NCBI GenBank assembly: GCA_008632985.1
Contig: QPGO01000072.1
Span: 124,001-188,000, forward strand
Length of the DNA stretch: 64,000 bases
Source of the DNA: Psammoneis japonica
Taxonomy: Eukaryota
Reading direction: 5' to 3'
The position numbers and the translations under genes were made by a program. Positions 48,046 to 60,552 of this stretch are shown piece after piece (positions within the stretch are counted from its first letter, which is position 1; each line of letters begins with the position of its first letter). Under the pieces are notes generated by a model, which was not told where the DNA came from, ran no database searches, and worked only from the letters and a program-made list of their open reading frames with translations.

Positions 48046-49470
48046 GAGCGCGAGACTGAAGTTCCTTGGCCCTTCCACTTCCTCTGCTGATGGATCCCTT
48101 GTTGTTGCTTTGCTCAACAATGATGGCATCTTCCTTCTTCCTTTTGCTGTTGATGGCCTTGGTGTGGTCTCGGATTCTTTGCTGACCACCTTCTCTTCAG
48201 CTCTGCATTGTTCTCCATCCGATCTCAACCCAAGCCTCCCTGGTCCTCTCCTTCTGACCTTTGGTGCTCTGATGCTTCCCATTCTGCCTTTCTCTGTGCC
48301 TTTTCCTCTCCGTCTGCCCTTCTCCCTTTGGCTGATTTCACGCGGTGTCGCCTGTCCTCTCTGACCACTTTGGCAGCACTTGTCGCACTGCCCCCCCCTC
48401 CTGGTGGGCCCTTCAAGCTCTCAGCTGCAATGTGGCTCTTCATCCATCCATGCACACCCTCCAATTTACTTCCTCTCTTCCTGCTCCTTCATCTCCTCCC
48501 ATGCCATTGACCAAATGCCCTTGTCCCTGCATCTGGCGAGCTGCCTTCGTGCCTCCCTCAGCTGTTCCCTTCCATTCCATGTGAGCTCTTCATGACTCTG
48601 CACTTTAAAAAAGTCAGCCGAATGACTGTCTTTTGCCCTTTTGGAACAGCGTGCTTTGCCGCCATGACGGCAAAAATCCCGCTGCAGATCAATGACGAAA
48701 CCACTCTTTCAGACAAGGGGCAGCAAGGAAGAAGGTTTGCAGTGGCACACAGCACCTTTTTCCATTCTGCCAATGCTGCTGCACAACAACTGGCAGAGAG
48801 AAAGAAGAAGGAGGGGGGGGGGGGCGTGAGTGAGAGACAACCACGCTGTGCCGCGCAGGCCATTTCCGCTGCTCTTGCTCACCTGCTGGCAACAACAAAT
48901 TTGATGACAGTCACAGAAAAGCACCATTGCATGTGACATTTGGAAAGTCTGTCAGAACATTGGGGTGAAAGGTGGTTTGTTTCACAGCAGCAGCACACAA
49001 AGACAGACAAAAGAGTGCTGCAGCAAGTGGCTTGCTGACAACCATTGATCATGTGGCAAACTCTGTTTGCACAACTCATGATGGGTTGCAGGTCTTGTGC
49101 TCACTTTTTAGCTTCTACAAAAAGCACACAAAATGCAAACAGCAGCACAGCCAGCAGAGCCAAAGTCAAACAGAGGGTCGAGTGGGGGCTGAGGAAAGCA
49201 AGGGCTGAGGGTTGGCCAGAAGGACACTGCCCAACAGACAAAGCTTTCAGACATTCTGTGCATTGGCACTAAACAGGAATGAGAACACGTGTCAAAGCTG
49301 TGTGCTTTGCTGTGCTTTGTTTGCTGCGCACCTGTGTTTGTTCTTCTTTCCTCTTGTGGCGCCAGGGGGTGTGAGCTGGGCACAAACTTTTGCACAGCTC
49401 AGTTGTTCCCTCTGGGGGTGCAAACTTTTCCACTGGCTCAAATGTCAAACAGGCAGTGGCATCACTGTTT
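48046..49470. other. TpA-depleted island 4 (unidentified degenerate repeat)
   Basis: About 5 TA in ~1.4 kb by eye; TG/CA-rich; G and C runs. Confidence 0.85.
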
Positions 49471-49927
49471 GGTAAGTGTAGATGTTGGGCATGTTGAACA
49501 GTGTGAGCAGCTCAACATAGAGCAAGTGCGTGCATGATCATGCGATGCATCAAAGTTCCGCGGCAGAGTTTTTTTCGAAAAGTGAGCGGCGGTCGTGCGT
49601 GCAGGCTTCTTTGCGGTCACAATAGATTTTAAATTTCTGAAGTTATCTATTTAAAATCGTTGATATAATAGATTTTCATATATTCTCCAAACCCGTAGCT
49701 CATCAAATGCTTATACATAAACCAAAAGGTTAGATAAATTAGTATGAATGTAAAAATTACCTATTGCCCCGACTCCAAAAAAATGCCGAACATGCCACAT
49801 CATCACGGCCAAAAAACACCAACAGTCACACACACGAACCATCTGTTCAATCGTTCATCTCGTTGCTATTGCACACTGTACCGTATCAATCTTACTTTGT
49901 AGCGACACGCCACCTCTTTAAAAAGCC

Positions 49928-51349
49928 ATGTGTGGTACAAGCGTCGCTACTACGACAACGTTGCCTTCGTCGTCCGTGACGACGACAAAGCGCACAATGT
50001 CACGCGAGGACGTCTTCAAGGAATCCGATCCCGACAAGAAGTGTCTCATCATTATTGGTAGCGCCGTTTACGATGTCACCAATTGGATGGATCATCATCC
50101 CGGTGGACGACTGACGATTCGTGGTTTATCGGGAAAGGATGCGACCGACGCCTTTTACGTCAATCACTCTGCGGAAGTGCAAGCGTCTCTGTTGAAGAGG
50201 CCCGTGTATGCGGAGCTCGACGAGGAATCGAAAAACAAAATCGACGAAACCACGAGGGATTTCCGTAAGCTTACCAAGCAAATGGAAGAGGCGGGGTACT
50301 TTGATGTGGAGTACACGTTTTATTATTGGCTCTTTCTCAGGATCGGTTCGATCTTTGGTCTTGTTTTGGCGGGTGTGCTGTGCAGTGACTCTGTGTACGT
50401 TCATGCTCTGTCGGGGATGCTTCTGGGAGTCTTTTGGCAGCAGATTGCCTTTGTCGGACACGATATTGGTCATAACAGCGTCACCCACGATCGTATCAAG
50501 GATAATCGCTTGGGTCTTGCCTTTGGAAGTTTCTTTACAGGCATTTCTGTAGCGTGGTGGAAGCGCAATCACAATGTTCACCACGTGGTGACGAATTCGA
50601 TTGATCACGATCCGGACATTCAGCACATGCCCTTTTTCGCCGTGCACAAGAAATTTCTCGAGAATCCCGTTTTTTCGACCTTTTACAACCGTTTCCAACC
50701 GCTCAACAATGTGTCTCATGCGATTGTGGGCGTTCAGCATTACGCCTACTTCCCCATCATGGCCTTTGCGCGCTTTTATTTGTATGTGCAAAGCATTATG
50801 CATGCGCTTGGAGTGGGTCCGTATGATTTGAAGGAACAAGTGTACAGGCGCGATTTGCAGATTGTGTCGCTCTGTGGCTTTTGGACGTGGCTCCTCGCCT
50901 TGACCCTGTCTCTTCCCACATGGACATCCCGTGTCTTGTTTTTCCTCTTGGCTCACAATGTCGGTGGCATTTTGCACATTCAAATCACGCTGTCACACTT
51001 TGGCATGCCCTCCTACAGTGGTGACCCGTATCTCGACAAGGGCGAAGGCGAATTCTTCAAGACACAAACGGCGGGATCGCTCGATATCTTGTGCCCACCC
51101 AGTATGGATTGGTTTCACGGTGGACTCCAGTTTCAAACCGTCCATCACTTGTGGCCACGCATGCCCCGACGCAATTTGCGCAAGGCGCAAGCGCTCTTGA
51201 TTTCCTTTTGTGACGCGCACGGAGTCGAGTACAAGCGTGTCTGCTTTTCCGATGCAGTCAAGCTTACGATCGAGACCCTCAAGGAAACAAGCAAGAACAC
51301 AAAGTCCTTTTACCAGTTGCTTATGGAATCCATCAGTCTATCTGGTTAA
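49928..51349 (+). CDS. Cytochrome b5-fused front-end desaturase (sphingolipid delta-8/delta-6-like)
   Basis: HPGG, HDIGH, HNVHH, QTVHH boxes; DPDIQHMP; WFHGGLQFQ. Confidence 0.93.
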   Translation: MCGTSVATTTTLPSSSVTTTKRTMSREDVFKESDPDKKCLIIIGSAVYDVTNWMDHHPGGRLTIRGLSGKDATDAFYVNHSAEVQASLLKRPVYAELDEESKNKIDETTRDFRKLTKQMEEAGYFDVEYTFYYWLFLRIGSIFGLVLAGVLCSDSVYVHALSGMLLGVFWQQIAFVGHDIGHNSVTHDRIKDNRLGLAFGSFFTGISVAWWKRNHNVHHVVTNSIDHDPDIQHMPFFAVHKKFLENPVFSTFYNRFQPLNNVSHAIVGVQHYAYFPIMAFARFYLYVQSIMHALGVGPYDLKEQVYRRDLQIVSLCGFWTWLLALTLSLPTWTSRVLFFLLAHNVGGILHIQITLSHFGMPSYSGDPYLDKGEGEFFKTQTAGSLDILCPPSMDWFHGGLQFQTVHHLWPRMPRRNLRKAQALLISFCDAHGVEYKRVCFSDAVKLTIETLKETSKNTKSFYQLLMESISLSG

Positions 51350-52317
51350 GGGATGAGTGTGTATGGTTTATTTTTAGGGTTCTTTGAGAATTCCGATTAG
51401 TTCATGGTAATGTTTAGCTGTTAAATCATTAGTGAATAGAAGTAATTGAACTTGAAGTAGTAGTGGTTCATTCGTCGTTTGACAATGCGTTTTGACTAGA
51501 ATCGGAACGAATCAAGAAAGGTTACTGTAGGATTGGGCCAGAAACTTGTGACAGAGAAGGAAAAGCTGAAATACTTTGTAAATTCTCCTTGGTTTTCTAA
51601 GGGGGGCGAGTGCGTATAATTTGGGGCGAGTGCGTATTGGGGTGAAGACGCTACGATTTCGGTTGTGGTCCAACTAGCTACTCTTAAAACTGCGACAATG
51701 ATTATCCAGCATGGTGTATACAAGGGGTGCCCTTGCACTACGGCAATGTTAGTCAATGAACTGCCTTGAAATCTCTCAAAAATATTGCCAACATGTCGGC
51801 GGCAAAAACGCTGCTCAAGTTGCCATGACGCACGTGGTCCATCGAGCAGCGTCATTCACTTTGAAGTCACTCAGGCCATCTTCTATCTTCGTTTTCCTAC
51901 GTACGTCTCGCCTCGAGATTCGGGACGGGATGTTCATTGTCGTTCCGCGACGCATCAAAAAGTGGCCACAGACTGCTCAGGCGTTCAAATCCGCGACACT
52001 TTGGTCGTGTCCATAAGTAAATAGTGATCATAACCTTCTTTCATGACGTCGTAGTCCCTAATTCATTTTGTCCAATCGTAGGAGTAGACAACGTATTGAA
52101 TCTTGCCTGGGCTGTCGTTGTACCGGCACCTACGTGGCTCCTACGTAACGCTGCGCGACCAGTTTTGACGGATGAGACCCGAACGAAGATTTGCTGTAGA
52201 AAATGTACGATGTCCTACGAGATGCAACAAAAATCACAGAACTTGCATTTTCTCTTGTTCGTCTCATTCATTCAACACAGAGAGACTTGTTGCACCAAGC
52301 ATACTTGTGTTGAAATT

Positions 52318-55300
52318 ATGATGATATCAAGCGCTTATCGGTTGCTGTTGATTGCGGCAACGGGACGGTGTGCGTCAGCGCAAGTCCCGATTGGTTCTTT
52401 TGAAACGAGGAATCACGACGTTGACGGCGAAGTCTTTGCTCTCTCGGAACGAGTCCTCGAGGTGCGCAATTTCGTCTTTGACGGAAATGCTCCGGCTGCC
52501 TTCTTCTGGGCAGACGCAAGTAGTGATCCTACGAGTGGTGGTAGGATTCTTCGAGACGCGAGTCCTACGAACAGCTGTGGTACTCAACAGCTACCGGGTG
52601 CTAATGGAACCCAGACATTCAGGGTTGAATTCCCTGAAGAGACTTCAATCCTTGACTATCTGGGCGGATCTATAAGCGTTTGGTGCGAGGCATTTAGTGC
52701 CAACTTTGGAGAAGTCGTCGTACCCGCGGAGCTTCCAGGACTGTTGGCTACTGCTGATGGCCCAGCGTTGGAATGTTCCAAGTCATCCTCCGCCAGCGAC
52801 GGCCTCCTGATTGGTTCTTTTGAAACAAGGAATCACGACGTTGACGGTGAGGTCTTTGCTCTCTCGGAACGAGTGCTCGAGGTGCGCAATTTCATCTTTG
52901 ATGGAAACGCTCCGGCTGCCTTCTTCTGGGCGGACGCAAGCAGTGATCCTACCAGTGATGGTAGGATTCTGCAAGACGCGAGTCCTACGAACAGCTGTGG
53001 TACTCAACAGCTACCGGGTGCTAATGGAACTCAAACCTACAGGGTTGAATTCCCTGAAGGAACTTCAATCCTTGACTATCTGGGCGGATCTATAAGCGTT
53101 TGGTGCGAGGCTTTTAGTGCCAACTTTGGAGAAGTCGTCGTACCAGCGGAGCTTCCAGGACTGCTGGCGACTGCCGATGGCCCAGCCTTGGAATGCTCAG
53201 ATTCACCGGAACCTGGTCCCGAAGAACCAACTTCAATCCCCGTTGGCGAATTCAGGACGAGAAATCACGATGTCGCCGGACAAATGTTTGCTCTGTCGGA
53301 ACGCGTCTTGGAAGTTCGCAATTTTGTGTTTGACGGGAACGCACCAGCAGCTTTTTTTTGGGCCGACACAAGTAGCCGTCCTTCCGACAACGGCTTGATA
53401 TTGCAGGACGGTAGCCCGTCGAGGAGTTGTGGTGAGGACGAACTACCCGGTGCCAATGGAACCCAGACATACAGGGTGGAGTTTCCTGAAGGAACGTCTA
53501 TCTTGGACTACCTCGGCGGTTCAATATCTGTGTGGTGTGAGGAATTCAGCGCCAATTTCGGAGAAGTCATCGTCCCTGATTCCTTACCAGGGTTGCTCTC
53601 TACAGAAGACGGTCCAGCCTTGGAATGCTCTGCAAGTCCGGTCCCTCAAATTGCGGTGACACCCGCCGACTACAACTGTGAGCCTCTGAGTGATGAGTAC
53701 CAAGTGCGTTGGCAAGTACAAGGTGATGAGATTGCAATTGAACTGGTCGGTCTGATTGACGACGATGTCTATATGGGATTCGGACTCTCAGGTAGCAACA
53801 ACCAAACCTTAATGGTTGGTGCAGATGCAACCATCGCAGACTTCTTCAACGGGACCTTCCGCGCCCGTGACTTTTACATGAGCGAACAAGGCCAATGTAG
53901 CAGCAATGGCCTTGGAGTGTGCCCTGACGCTGGTGACAGTTCATTAGCTGACAATGTGACATCGGTCTCGGGTCTGCAAGAGGCAGGGGTCACGCTTGTT
54001 CGTTTCAAACGTCCATTGGAACCTTCCGATGTTGGTGGGATGGTAGCCGGGCAATCTGTTGACAGGTCATTTTCTGCGGAACCTGGTGTGTCATCTTTTA
54101 TTGTTTGGGCGCTTGGACCAATCCAGCTTGAAACTGGTTTACCATTTTTCCACTCAATTGACTTTGCGCGAGAGAACGTAGCCCTTGAATTCGGTCGAAC
54201 CGTTGCAAACAACTGCCCGCCTCTCGTTGGCGGGACAACAGCTCCAGCTCCCGGTACAGACGCCCCGGAATTGCCACCCTTTTTTCGACCTCCCATCGTT
54301 AACACAACGGAGCTAGTGGCTCACATTGGAATTTCGGGTGGAGAGCGTGGTGTGGAAAAAATAACAAATCGCACTGCATGGGGAATTGCATGGTGTAAGT
54401 GTGGCTTCGGCAAGATGTTTGTGTAGCTCTGTTCACGCCGCTTACTATTTGCTTCCTTCAAAATACAGACATCAACGACCTTCTTATTCCGGTTATCGAG
54501 ATGCGTCGTGGTACAACATATACTTTCAGAGTCAATGGCGGCGATGACCCATCGCAAAATTCACGATATCACCCTATGTACATTACGACAAGCGATTTAG
54601 GCGGTTACGCTCAGCGAACACCAGCGCAAAGACTTGAAGAAACAGTACTCGCAGGACTTAACATCGTGGATAACACGGACGAAGGCTTCGAAATTCTAGC
54701 GGCTGGTCCAATCTGTCTCTACGGGGCCACGGACGCCACAGCAGAAGCATCTATGTTTGGAACGTACGACCAGTTCTTCGCCTCGCAGGACACCTCATGC
54801 GCGGACGACACGACCCTCCTCGACCAAGCCGCAGTTCTCGAGTTCACGCCAGATGCGAGTACCCCTGACTTGATCTATTATCAATGCGTCACTCACACAA
54901 GTCTTGGCTTCGAGATTCGAGTTATCGACGAAGACGCTCCATCGATTGTCGATGTGGATTGCTCCACTTCAAGCACAATCGATCTCGGTGATATTGTCGT
55001 AAACGCTGTTGTTGATCCTGTGACAGCAACGCTGACCGCTGAAGTCATCTATAACGGTATCGGCTGGGTGGCAATGGGTTTCACGAACGGCGATGCCGTG
55101 ATGGTAGGATCAGAGGCCGTCATTGGTTTGCCAGACGAACCTAACGGCCCGTCCAACCCAGGAAAGTACAATCTGAATGCCCGTAACCTGCCTGGAGTTG
55201 AGCTAATGCCAGAAGCACAGCAGACGTTGATCAATTCAACCATTGAGCAGACGGAGTCGCAGACAATCATGAGGTTCACAAAGCTACTCGTGGAACCGGG

Positions 55301-56123
55301 CGAGCATCCAATCTCAGCTTCTCAGGAGAACACATTCTTGTTTGCATACGGGAGCGGCAATGATCTGGGTTTTCACCAAGCCCGCGGTGGTTTCTCAGCG
55401 CTTCTCAATCAATGTGCAGTATCGATTGATGGAAAGCTTCTAAATGCTCAGTTTGTCAATGGAGGAGGGAACATTGAGATTGAGTCTGATGACATGAACC
55501 GCAACATATGGGTAGCACACGGAGCGTGTGCGGCAACTGCATGGGCAATTTTGGTGCCGTTGGCGATCGGGTCCTCCATCATTCGCAAGACCTTGGAGTA
55601 TATTGGCCTACCCAAGGGGTCGTGGTTCATGCTTCATCGCGTATTGAACATGCTTGCCGCCATCCTTACCATCACGGCCTTTTCTTTGGCAGTGCACGGT
55701 ATCAACCAGCAGCCGGACTCGGAGCACTTTAATAGAGACACGCATCACACACTCGGATTGGTTATTTTTATCCTGACTCTGTTGCAAGCTCTTGGGGGAA
55801 TCCTTCGCCCTCATTTACCAGAGCCTATTGAAATCCATGAGTTGGATGAAGAAGATTCTCAGATGAAGACGACCAAGATGGTTCCAGGCGAGAAGAGCCT
55901 CCAACGCCGACTTTTCGAGGTAATGCATCGCGTTGTTGGAGTTGCATTGCTTGGTATGGCATGGTGGCAAGTCCAGAATGGGTTTACTCTTTTTGCCAAT
56001 CTTTTCAATGAGGACAACATCAAGAATACTTTCTGGGGCGTTGTAGGTGGCATCTGCGGCTTCTTCTTGATTGTGTTTGTTTATCAGAAAGTTGTGCTGA
56101 GCAAGAAGGCTGAGAAGAAATAG
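52318..56123 (+). CDS. 3xDM13 + DOMON + DOMON + cytochrome b561 membrane protein (Skeletor/Knickkopf-like); intron 54395-54468
   Basis: Signal peptide; HDVDGEV..FVFDG.APAAFFW..SISVWCEAFSANFG x3; YMGFGLSG..MVGAD; WGIAW|YIND; b561 His pattern (AHG, LHR, HH.LG, MHR). Confidence 0.9.
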
Positions 56124-56826
56124 GAGTCAGCAGATGGCTGAGTAGACCCAGAAACAGAACTCAGATAGCATGGACAGAGAATACTGCATTATAACGTAGG
56201 ATTTCTTTGTTTCAAGAAGCCTTGTTTCGTTATATTTAGCTCTAACGCGAAACTAGAAGTCGTTGTTACAATACTTGCGGCACGGTTCTCGTCCCAACGA
56301 ATGATGCTCCTTGGGTTATATACCATCACTCCCTCTGATGTGATGCTTGTACCAAATTAGGTATCGCATAGTATGGCGAGAACCCACGGCGCTCCGTGCG
56401 AGTCCAAGAAATCCCCTTGCGGTGGCCTCGTTTGCTCCATTTACCTTCAGAAATGTGTTGGAAAGAGACAGGACCGTGTGCACTACAGAATCTGAAACGT
56501 AGCGACACCGGGAACGCGGTCTTTTGTAAGATCATGAGTGGGGGAGCTTAGGGCCAGTACGTACTGACACGGGCAAATGAAAAATTGAAAAAGATGAATC
56601 TCTAGTCTGAATTTGTCCCATTTAAGAAGCGTGCGGCTCAAAGTAGTAGCCTATCGGAGACACGCCAACACACGGTGGGGCACGTGTGTTGTAACTATAC
56701 TCTTTCATCAATCGTTCCTAAACATGCAAAAGCTCTTTTTTATGCAAAGGATCTCAGTGCCGAAGATCTTCATGAAATGTGCAACCTCGTAAAATGTAAA
56801 CGTGCATCCGCGGGTGCCCAACCAAA

Positions 56827-59800
56827 TCAATCGTCGCTATCGTCACTACTGTCGCTACATTTCTGGGCGATGGTAATCCCACATTCATCATCACTGTCGC
56901 TGTCGAGTCTTCTGTCACTGTCACTGTCTGAGTCGTCACAAGGACCCATTTTGGTTTGCTCGACGAGCAAAATATCTTGAGCCACATCGCCGTTGTCAGG
57001 GTCATTATCGTAGACCAACTTGTCGCTGTCAGCCTTATCCCAAATCGATATCCGGAAACGATCATTTTTGGTGGCATCGACGGCCTGAACCATAAAGCCA
57101 TAATTGCCCTTCTTGTTGATCGTGCCAACGCCAATGATCAACGCCTTAGAGCCTGTGATGATGAGGGCCTCGTAGCCGGTGGAAACAAACTTCATCTGAA
57201 TACCCCTCTTTATAAGATTAAATCTCGCGCGGCCTTTAAGTTTGTTCCCTTCCTTCGTCTTCTTGTACTTCGCAACGATACTGAAACTTCCTTTCCCTTT
57301 TAAAGACATATCAGGCTTGTACGCCCCTGTTTCTGACATGATAGATCCACTACCCATGACACAACCAGCAGAGGGATCAGAGACCAATGCGTACTTGTAA
57401 TCTTTAGACACGCTGTCTCCGTCGTCGTCGGTGACAGTGCATGTGATGGCGTAGACACCAGCCGCGCTGTAAGCGTGAGAAGCCGATAACGTCAAGGCAT
57501 CTTGGTCCACTGAACCTGTTGTCGGGCCGCTGCCATCATTAAAGTCACACGAGCCTTCGTGTGTGTCTGGGATTCCTGGATCACTGAAACTGACTTGAAT
57601 ACCAACCTCTGTGCCAACCTCCACATGATCCGGACCAGTCATCGAATGGATGACTGGTGGAGCATTTAAAACCACAACCCTCGCCGAATCAAAGCCGCAT
57701 AAACCGTGATTATCACAAACTTTGAGATGCACCCATGGCTTGACATCGGAACCGGTAGCACGATCGAAATTATCGAGACCAGCAGCAGAGAAATTTGGAT
57801 TTTCTTCATTTGAATCATCGAAATCTGAGTCATCGTCAAAGTCCCACGCAAAAGTAATCGGATCGTTATCCGGATCATGTGATTTCGAGCCGTCCAGTTG
57901 AACGGTCCCGCCCTCTAGCACCTCATAAGCTTCTTTATTATTCCCATAGTCCTTCCCGGCATCGGCAACTGGTGGCTGGTTGGGCGTAAATTTGACATCA
58001 TACTGGTCTATGCAATCGATGTTGTCATATTCGATAGTGGCGCTGAACGTAATGATCACTGGGTCCACGGCTCCATCGGGAGGGGTCACTGTAGCTTGGT
58101 TGTCTTCATCGATAACAACGGTCCAACCGTCAGGCGCAATCGCCTCCCACGTGATATCTCCGCAGTCACAAGTTACAGTGCTGTCCAGGTTAATGGGATT
58201 GAATGGCATCAATTGATCCGGAATAAATGTAATGATGGGAGTTTCATAAACTTCGCCCTGGGCTGTGGCTTCCGTCGTGATAGGGATTGGTGTAGTGATC
58301 TCAAGTACAGCCTTCCAGGTTTTTGTGCCGTCTTCACTTTCAGTAACCGGCATTGTGAGTTTCTCGCTGCCTCTAAAGTTGGTGAGCTCTACACTTTGGT
58401 GAAGATCGTCGCCATGGAATACCTTGAGAATACCGTTGGCCTCAAAACGTTCGACCGAATAATGGACTTCAACATTAAATTCCTGTCCAGTACAGGTAAA
58501 GGGGGGCACGTTGACAGCGACCGACACCGGGAACACGGTCGCTTGTAAGATCATGATATACCAGGGAGTGGCCAGGTCTTTACCCCAACTACTATAGCCT
58601 GCCCACGAACCGTCTAAGCTCTGTGTGTTCACAAGGTGTTCTGCGTAGTCTCCCCACCAGTCTCCTTCTACTGTTTCGTCATTGGCGGGTGCATCGGGAA
58701 TCGTACTAATCCCCATGAGCTCGAGGCCCTTGAATGCCGCAAACATTGCATACGGATGTCCTTTATTCCCATACCAACCGCCGGACGGGCCGTTGCCCCA
58801 TTTGCTGTTGATGAAATTTGTCGCTTTGACAACTCGATCTTTTCCGGCTGGATCCTCAAGATAGTGGAATTCTACCAGCAACCCACCCGTCTTGCCAACA
58901 TTTGGCCATTGGTCCGGGTGATGGTAGCCAGAGGCACCATTAGCATCTTGTATATAGGTCACCCAATGTTCAAGTTCCGTTTTGACAAAGTCTGGGGCAT
59001 CTATTCCCCATTTTTCGGCAGCCACCAAGGCCAGCACTGGCCACTGCGATACCGAGTTGTCGGAATTCCCGGCACTATTACTATAAGGACTGTAGTACCA
59101 GCCACCCCGTCCCTTGCCACCATCCACCTGCCCCCATGCGAGCCAGTCGACCACATCCTCAACCACTTCCCGATAAGTCAAGCCGGCGCAAGCGCCCACA
59201 GTTACTTCTCTCTCTGGTGTGTTGGAGGCCACAATGGCAGGGATCACAATGCCGATTTCATACATCCTACTGTAATGTGAGAAGTAGATTCCCTCGCCGT
59301 TGCCATTCGTATCCGGATCGCCCGCAGGCTGAGGACTGATGGATTGCTTGTAGCATCTCGTGAATATGTAGTCGAGGCCCTTCTCCACCTCGGACGAGTA
59401 TGTATTGCTTTCATCTGGAAAGTTGCCTTCGTTCTCCATGGCATGAACAGCAGCTGCTGTGTTGGCCAAGTGAGGTCCGCTCCCAAAGGAACCATTAGAA
59501 TTCTGTTTGGTGGCAAGGTACGCTAGTCCAGCCTCGATTGCGTCATTGATCTCCTGATTGGTCGCAAGACGTCGACGAAGGGCCAATGGCTTCTTCACCA
59601 GGGAACGAGGCTTCAAGCCAGCGGGAGTGTTGTCGAGGACTTGTTCATCATCATCACCGCCACGAAGTAGATGATGATGGTCCGAGGTCTGCGTGGGAGA
59701 GTTGAGGGGTTAGTAGGGTGTGTGGTGTGTGTGTGATGAGACAGCATAGTACAGCATAGATTTTCAACTTGAGATTTGATAGCGCATACAAAGGACAGGC

Positions 59801-60430
59801 CGAATTGATAACACCAAGCGCGCGCGCTTTTGCGTAAGCGCAGCGCGCGCGTACGGTACAAGCAACTTGAAACTGTTGGCGAACTTGGATCGATGAGCTC
59901 GATCGCAAAAAGTAATAGTAACGCTCAACGCTCCTCTCGACATAACAATGGCGGTATGTGGTATGTGTGCAGTGTATGGGATATATCTTAGAGCTAGGGT
60001 AGCGCTTCAACAATGGACTCACCTCCTGAAGGCCATGCTGCTCCTCCTTAGCAATGACAAAGTCGAAGTTTTTGATCGTGTCTGAAAGTGGAACTGCCAA
60101 TAGGCATGGATTTAGAAGGCGATGCGCCCCGTCTCGGCAGACCCAGCACAAGAATATCACTTGCCTGCAGCCGCGCCGCATCCGAAAACAGCCAAGCTGA
60201 GTAGAAGAACACCCTTGGGGATCGTCATGGTCTCTCACTCTCACTATCTCTCTCCCTCTCTTGCTCCTTTGAGGATGCTGTGCTCCGCACTTTATTACTT
60301 CTTGTTCTTCTGAATGGTGTAAAAGCAAAAATGTACTATAAGACACAAGGAGAAAGTAGCAAGCAAGTAGCGAGGACAAGGCGAATCGTAGCAAAAAGAC
60401 GAAAGACTTTGATCGAAGACGGAGTAGCAT
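56827..60430 (-). CDS. Prenyltransferase/terpene-cyclase-like barrel plus PKD domain protein with a diatom-type leader exon; intron 59689-60022
   Basis: AIEAGLAYLA.KQN.NGSF, GGWYY, DNSVSQW, Q.LDGSW repeats; NQPPVADAG..LDGS.S.DPD and HAY..AGVY...TVTDDDG PKD motifs. Phase-0 GTGAGT...CTAAC...CAG intron joins the exon starting at 60430. Confidence 0.8.
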
Positions 60431-60552
60431 TCCATCGCAAGCACAAGTTCAAGTCTACTTGCCTTCTCGCTCTTCAGCCCACTTGTTCTGTTTGAGAATG
60501 TGAATCAATGCCATGCCAGATAGAAGCGGAGAAAGATAAAAAGAAATGAGAT

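Noticed and set aside
50126..50983. Long antisense ORFs (also 23124-23963, 29792-30661) and the alternative-frame ORF 41599-42594
   Set aside because: Shadows of real genes, with no recognisable domains.
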